Assembly (NCBI GenBank): GCA_043228905.1
Contig: JBHGNT010001168.1
Span: 1-11,308 of the forward strand
DNA: 11,308 nt
Reading direction: 5' to 3'
Source: Azolla caroliniana
Lineage: Eukaryota > Plantae > Polypodiophyta
The notes beneath the pieces are model-generated. The model saw only the letters and a program-made list of their open reading frames with translations. It had not been told where the DNA came from and did not search any database. Below are positions 8,001 to 11,308 of the stretch, piece after piece. The translations under genes were made by a program, and so were the position numbers. The stretch's first letter is position 1. The number at the start of each line of letters is the position of its first letter.

Positions 8001-9792
8001 TACAGAAATCCGATTCATTCCATCTAGATTTGACGCAACATGTCGAATTTTACTCTATACATCTAGAATTGGATATAATGCATCAGATTCCTGTAAGTCT
8101 TGGAATTTTTTAAAAATTTCCATTAAAAAAATACTCTTGCATTTTAATGCATTGCATTGAATTCTAGCTACATAGACTAAAATATGATACATTGCATGGA
8201 TTTCCCGAAAATACATAAATAAATACAAATTGAAAAAATAAAACATTTTCCCATAAATAAATAAATAAACATTTTTTATTTTCTCGTAAATAAATAAATA
8301 AAAATTGAAAAATTAGATTTCAATGGAAATCCAATTCCGTGCATCGTATTCAATTGAAAATCCAATTTCTCTTATTTTTTTGAAAATTTTCTTATTTTTT
8401 GAATTGTTTTTGAATTTGTTTTTATTTTTCCCATAAAACAATAAATAAAAATTGAAAAAATAGATTTTCAATGGAAATCCGATGCACTGCATTGGATTTC
8501 CGTAGAAAATCCACTTTTTCTTATTTTTTTCCAAATTTTCATAGTTTTTAGATTTTTTTTGGTATTTTGTTTGTCTATTTTCTCATAAATAACTATATAG
8601 AAATTGAAAAATTGAAAGTCCACTTTTTGCTATTTGTTACCAAATTTTCATATTTTAAAATATTTTTTTGTATTTTTAAATTTTTTGTTCATTTTTTCCC
8701 ATAAATAAATAAATAAAAATTGCAAAAAATGGGTTTTCAACAGAAATCCGATGCACTACATTAGATTTCTATTGAAAATCCATTTTGTCTTATTTGTTTC
8801 CAATTTTTCAGATATTTTGAATTTGTTTTTGTATTTGTTTTTGTTTTTATCATAAATAAATATATAGGAATTGAAATAAATGGATTTTCAACGGAAATCC
8901 GATGCACTGTATCAGATTTCCATTGAAAGTCCACTTTTTCTTGTTTGTTTACAAATTTTCTTATTTGTTTATATTTTTCTCTAAAAAAGTGTTAAAAATA
9001 AACAAATTGTGATTTTCTCCATTTAAAATGATGTGTTTTCAACGGGAATCCGATACAGTGCATCGGATTCACGTTGAAAACAGATCATTTTCAACAGGAT
9101 TTTCAATGGAAATCCGATGCATTGCATCAGATTTCCGTTCAAAATCACTGAGTTTCAACAGAAATCTGATGCAGTGCATCCGATTTCCGTTGAAAGTCAG
9201 TGATTTTTCTTATGTTTTTTCATAAAACATTAATTTGCAATTGAAATCCGACTCAATGGTTCAGATTTTGTTGAAAATGTAATATTTTCTTATTATCTCA
9301 TTGTTTTATGAAAAACCTAAACGAAATTTGGATTTTTAATTGAAATTCGATGTAGTGCATTAGATTTCAGTTGGAAATCCACTTTTTTAATATATTTTTA
9401 TTTATTTTTTGAAAAAATGAAAAACAATTGAAAAGAAAGAGGATTGCCAGCTAAAATCTGATGCAATGCATCAATGTCTAGCTGTATAGACTACGATCTG
9501 ATGTAGTGTATCCGATTTCAGTTGAAAAGCCGTTTATTATTATTTTATATGGAAAATAAATAAATAAATAACATTGGAAAAAGAAAAAAGAAAAAAGGAT
9601 TTTTGACTCTAATCCAACGCATTGCATTAGATTCTAGCTATATATACTAAAATATAATGTAGTGCATAGTATTTTAGCTGAAAATCCATTTTTTATTTTT
9701 TAATGGAAAAAATTTTAAAAATTACAAAAAAAAAAAACTTGGATTTTCAACTGAAATCTAGTGCATCGCATTGGATTCCAATTAAAAATCCA
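8001..9792. repeat. Array of ~17 palindromic ~45-50 bp units (TTTTCAACGGAAATCCGATGCA-N-TGCATCGGATTTCCGTTGAAAA) with A/T-rich spacers
   Basis: Best copies start near 8317, 8464, 8734, 8882, 9036, 9099, 9153, 9331 and 9741. Degenerate copies near 8001, 8065, 8141, 8178, 9234, 9441, 9491, 9598 and 9646. Confidence 0.92.
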
Positions 9793-9835
9793 AGATTTTT
9801 TATTTTTTTCAAATTTTATTGTTTCAAATTTTCAA

Positions 9836-10276
9836 TGGGTTTTAGATTAGTTTTCTGACACAGGTATATAATATAAAACTTACATCAATTTAGATTAACG
9901 TTATATTCTATTCTTCAGTTTGATGTTACCTGTGCAATTTCATTCTACTGTCATGTACTACTAAAACATACGCCTTAAAGATTATCAGGAACTCTGTTGC
10001 ATTAGAGAAGGACCTTGAGCAAGTTAATGTCATCAAAATGAGGATCCAAGGTATCTGGGGTTGTCCTGATTAAGACCAAGAAGTTGGGGCAAAGCATATC
10101 AATAAAACTTAGATGTTCCAGATGACTTTTAGAAAACTTGTGGAACTATAGATGAAGACGCAGGGCAACTTGTTGAATTAGAAGACGTTTCAGAGTCTGA
10201 ACATACTAACAATTCAACTTAGCGTACTGACGAAGCCAATGAGGACAATCCTGATGAAAGAGCTAATCCTGAGTAG
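9836..10276 (+). pseudogene. 3' fragment of a diverged paralog of the same amino-MTase, inside the nested transposon
   Basis: WVLD*FSDT G|GT (9836-9863), a 91-bp intron (acceptor CAG decayed to CAT at 9952-9954), then GTTKTYALKIIRNSVALEKDLEQVNVIKMRIQGIWGCPD*DQEVGAKHINKT*MFQ...AGQLVELED...NPE*. Manual alignment gives 32/55 aa identical to the last exon at 6084-5918. Confidence 0.9.
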
Positions 10277-10937
10277 ACGGCTTTACCAGACTTATTATTC
10301 GATTGAATGGTTATGGCTTATTATAAATTTTGAACAATATGAATTGTTAAATTTTGACGTAATATATAAGTTGAGCTTACTTATAATTTTCGTGTAACAA
10401 TCATTGAACTTAGAAATTAAGTATAATTGTATGTGTACATGTTATCTAAACTCTCCTTTATCATTTGGGGTATATCGGAGATAAGTTTATACTCTATCAT
10501 TTACTCGTATGATTGGAATGTTATTGTAGACTAGTTTATTTATACATTGACAGTGTCATGTATCACGTGTCAATGGAAATTTTCTCTTGACATAGTAGTA
10601 TCTCTTAATTGCAAGGTTCACAATTTGCTTTAAGATGTATTATATTTAAATATACACACATAATTAGAAGAAGTCACTTATTCAATGGGGCATGCTTTTT
10701 AGAATATGCACAAGGACCCGTGTTACTATTATACTTGTGTTGACAAATACACCCCTGTCTAAGATTTGGACAAAAACATGGTAGATAGAATATACGTCGG
10801 ATGATTTTGTTGACGTGATATTAGTTAGTTCTTTTTTTCGCTATGTTTTCATAAACCACATACACATGCGTCGTGCCTTGTTGAAATTCTGCTTAAATAA
10901 GGCATTTTTTAACATCTCACTAAGATATGAAAAAGAG

Positions 10938-10974
10938 AATGCAACATATTACCTGTTTCAAATGACCTGGTGTT
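10938..10974 (-). repeat. Right TIR AACACCAGGTCATTTGAAACAGGTAATATGTTGCATT
   Basis: Inverted copy of 7235-7271. Confidence 0.92.
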
Positions 10975-10986
10975 TACACCTTATGA
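10975..10986 (-). pseudogene. MTase gene exon B, 5' piece (before the transposon insertion)
   Basis: AG|T CAT AAG GTG TA joins C ATG AAG ATC at 7230 to give N-H-K-V-Y-M-K-I in frame. Confidence 0.8.
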
Positions 10987-11062
10987 CTGTAAAATTAGAA
11001 ATCAAGATTAGAACTTTGAATTACACCATATAGACTACAATTTCAGTATTTGAAAGACTTAC

Positions 11063-11308
11063 TTATTGAACTCAGTGACCATTTCTTCAAGGCTTAAATC
11101 TTTCGCCACAACCCTTGACAAAATCGACACAAGAAGCTGCTCGTCCTTAATACCTTGCATCACTCTCCATAGAGACAGCTTCATGTCGTCTACCGCTTCT
11201 TCAATTGTCAAGTCAATTTTCTTGGCGGCTTGTGACTTTAACTCTAGTTGAGGGTCAACCCTACATTTCTTTTGTCGTTGACCCTTTACCTCCTTATTCT
11301 CCCACATT
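11063..11308 (-). pseudogene. MTase gene exon A (N-terminal helical/basic region)
   Basis: ORF 11307-11059 ends in TTC AAT AA|GTAAGT, a canonical donor at 11062. The 76-bp intron ends in TTCTAATTTTACAG at 10987. Confidence 0.8.

Larger units (their letters stand above)
7235..10974. mobile_element. 3.74-kb non-autonomous TIR DNA transposon with a 4-bp TSD (superfamily uncertain, possibly Sola-like)
   Basis: TIRs at 7235-7271 and 10938-10974 match at 34/37 nt. TACA flanks both ends (7231-7234 and 10975-10978). Removing the element and one TACA restores the host reading frame. Confidence 0.9.
5732..11308 (-). pseudogene. Intron-containing beta-class DNA amino-(N6-adenine/N4-cytosine)-methyltransferase gene, disrupted; the 5' end probably lies beyond the window
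   Basis: Exons: >=11307-11063; 10986-10975 + 7230-7104 (split by the transposon); 7020-6554; 6465-6174; 6084-5732. GT-AG introns of 76, 83, 88 and 89 bp with compatible phases. The translation contains NVVCGDVIDLIQKVPKKEYTLMIADIPYG, NLAWIK, NPYQKP, GD(W)ILDLFSGTGTTSACALKLFRNTVALEKD. Lesions: TAA 6615-6613, TGA 6245-6243 and a 1-bp deletion near 6199. Confidence 0.9.

Noticed and set aside
8055-9225. ORFs 8055-8246, 8313-8534 and 9028-9225
   Set aside because: They are translations of the palindromic, AT-rich array.
8001-9792. CRISPR array
   Set aside because: The repeats are degenerate and the spacers are low-complexity, related to each other and very variable in length. There are no cas genes and the context is eukaryotic with introns.

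Overview
Eukaryotic, repeat-rich DNA, most likely from a land plant (GT-AG introns of 76-91 bp, telo-boxes, Ty3/gypsy-type gag). The left ~3.3 kb holds two related, nested non-autonomous LTR retroelement remnants: the 3' end of element A (PPT 669-680, LTR 681-1270) sits inside the gag of element B, which has its own PPT at 2941-2952 and an LTR from 2953. The main signal is on the minus strand at 5732-11308 and is not visible in the ORF track. It is a spliced gene (at least 5 exons, ~498 codons reconstructed by hand) for a prokaryote-like beta-class N6A/N4C DNA amino-methyltransferase (DIPY catalytic motif, then NPYQKP, then DLFSGTG SAM-binding motif). It is now a pseudogene, with 2 stops and 1 frameshift. 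Its second visible exon is split by a 3.74-kb DNA transposon (7235-10974; 37-bp TIRs, 4-bp TACA TSD). That transposon carries a decayed, diverged paralog of the same MTase with the same intron, an array of ~17 palindromic ~45-50 bp units, and a possible transposase C-terminal remnant. I infer a TIR transposon family that carries its own DNA amino-methyltransferase. No database searches were run.
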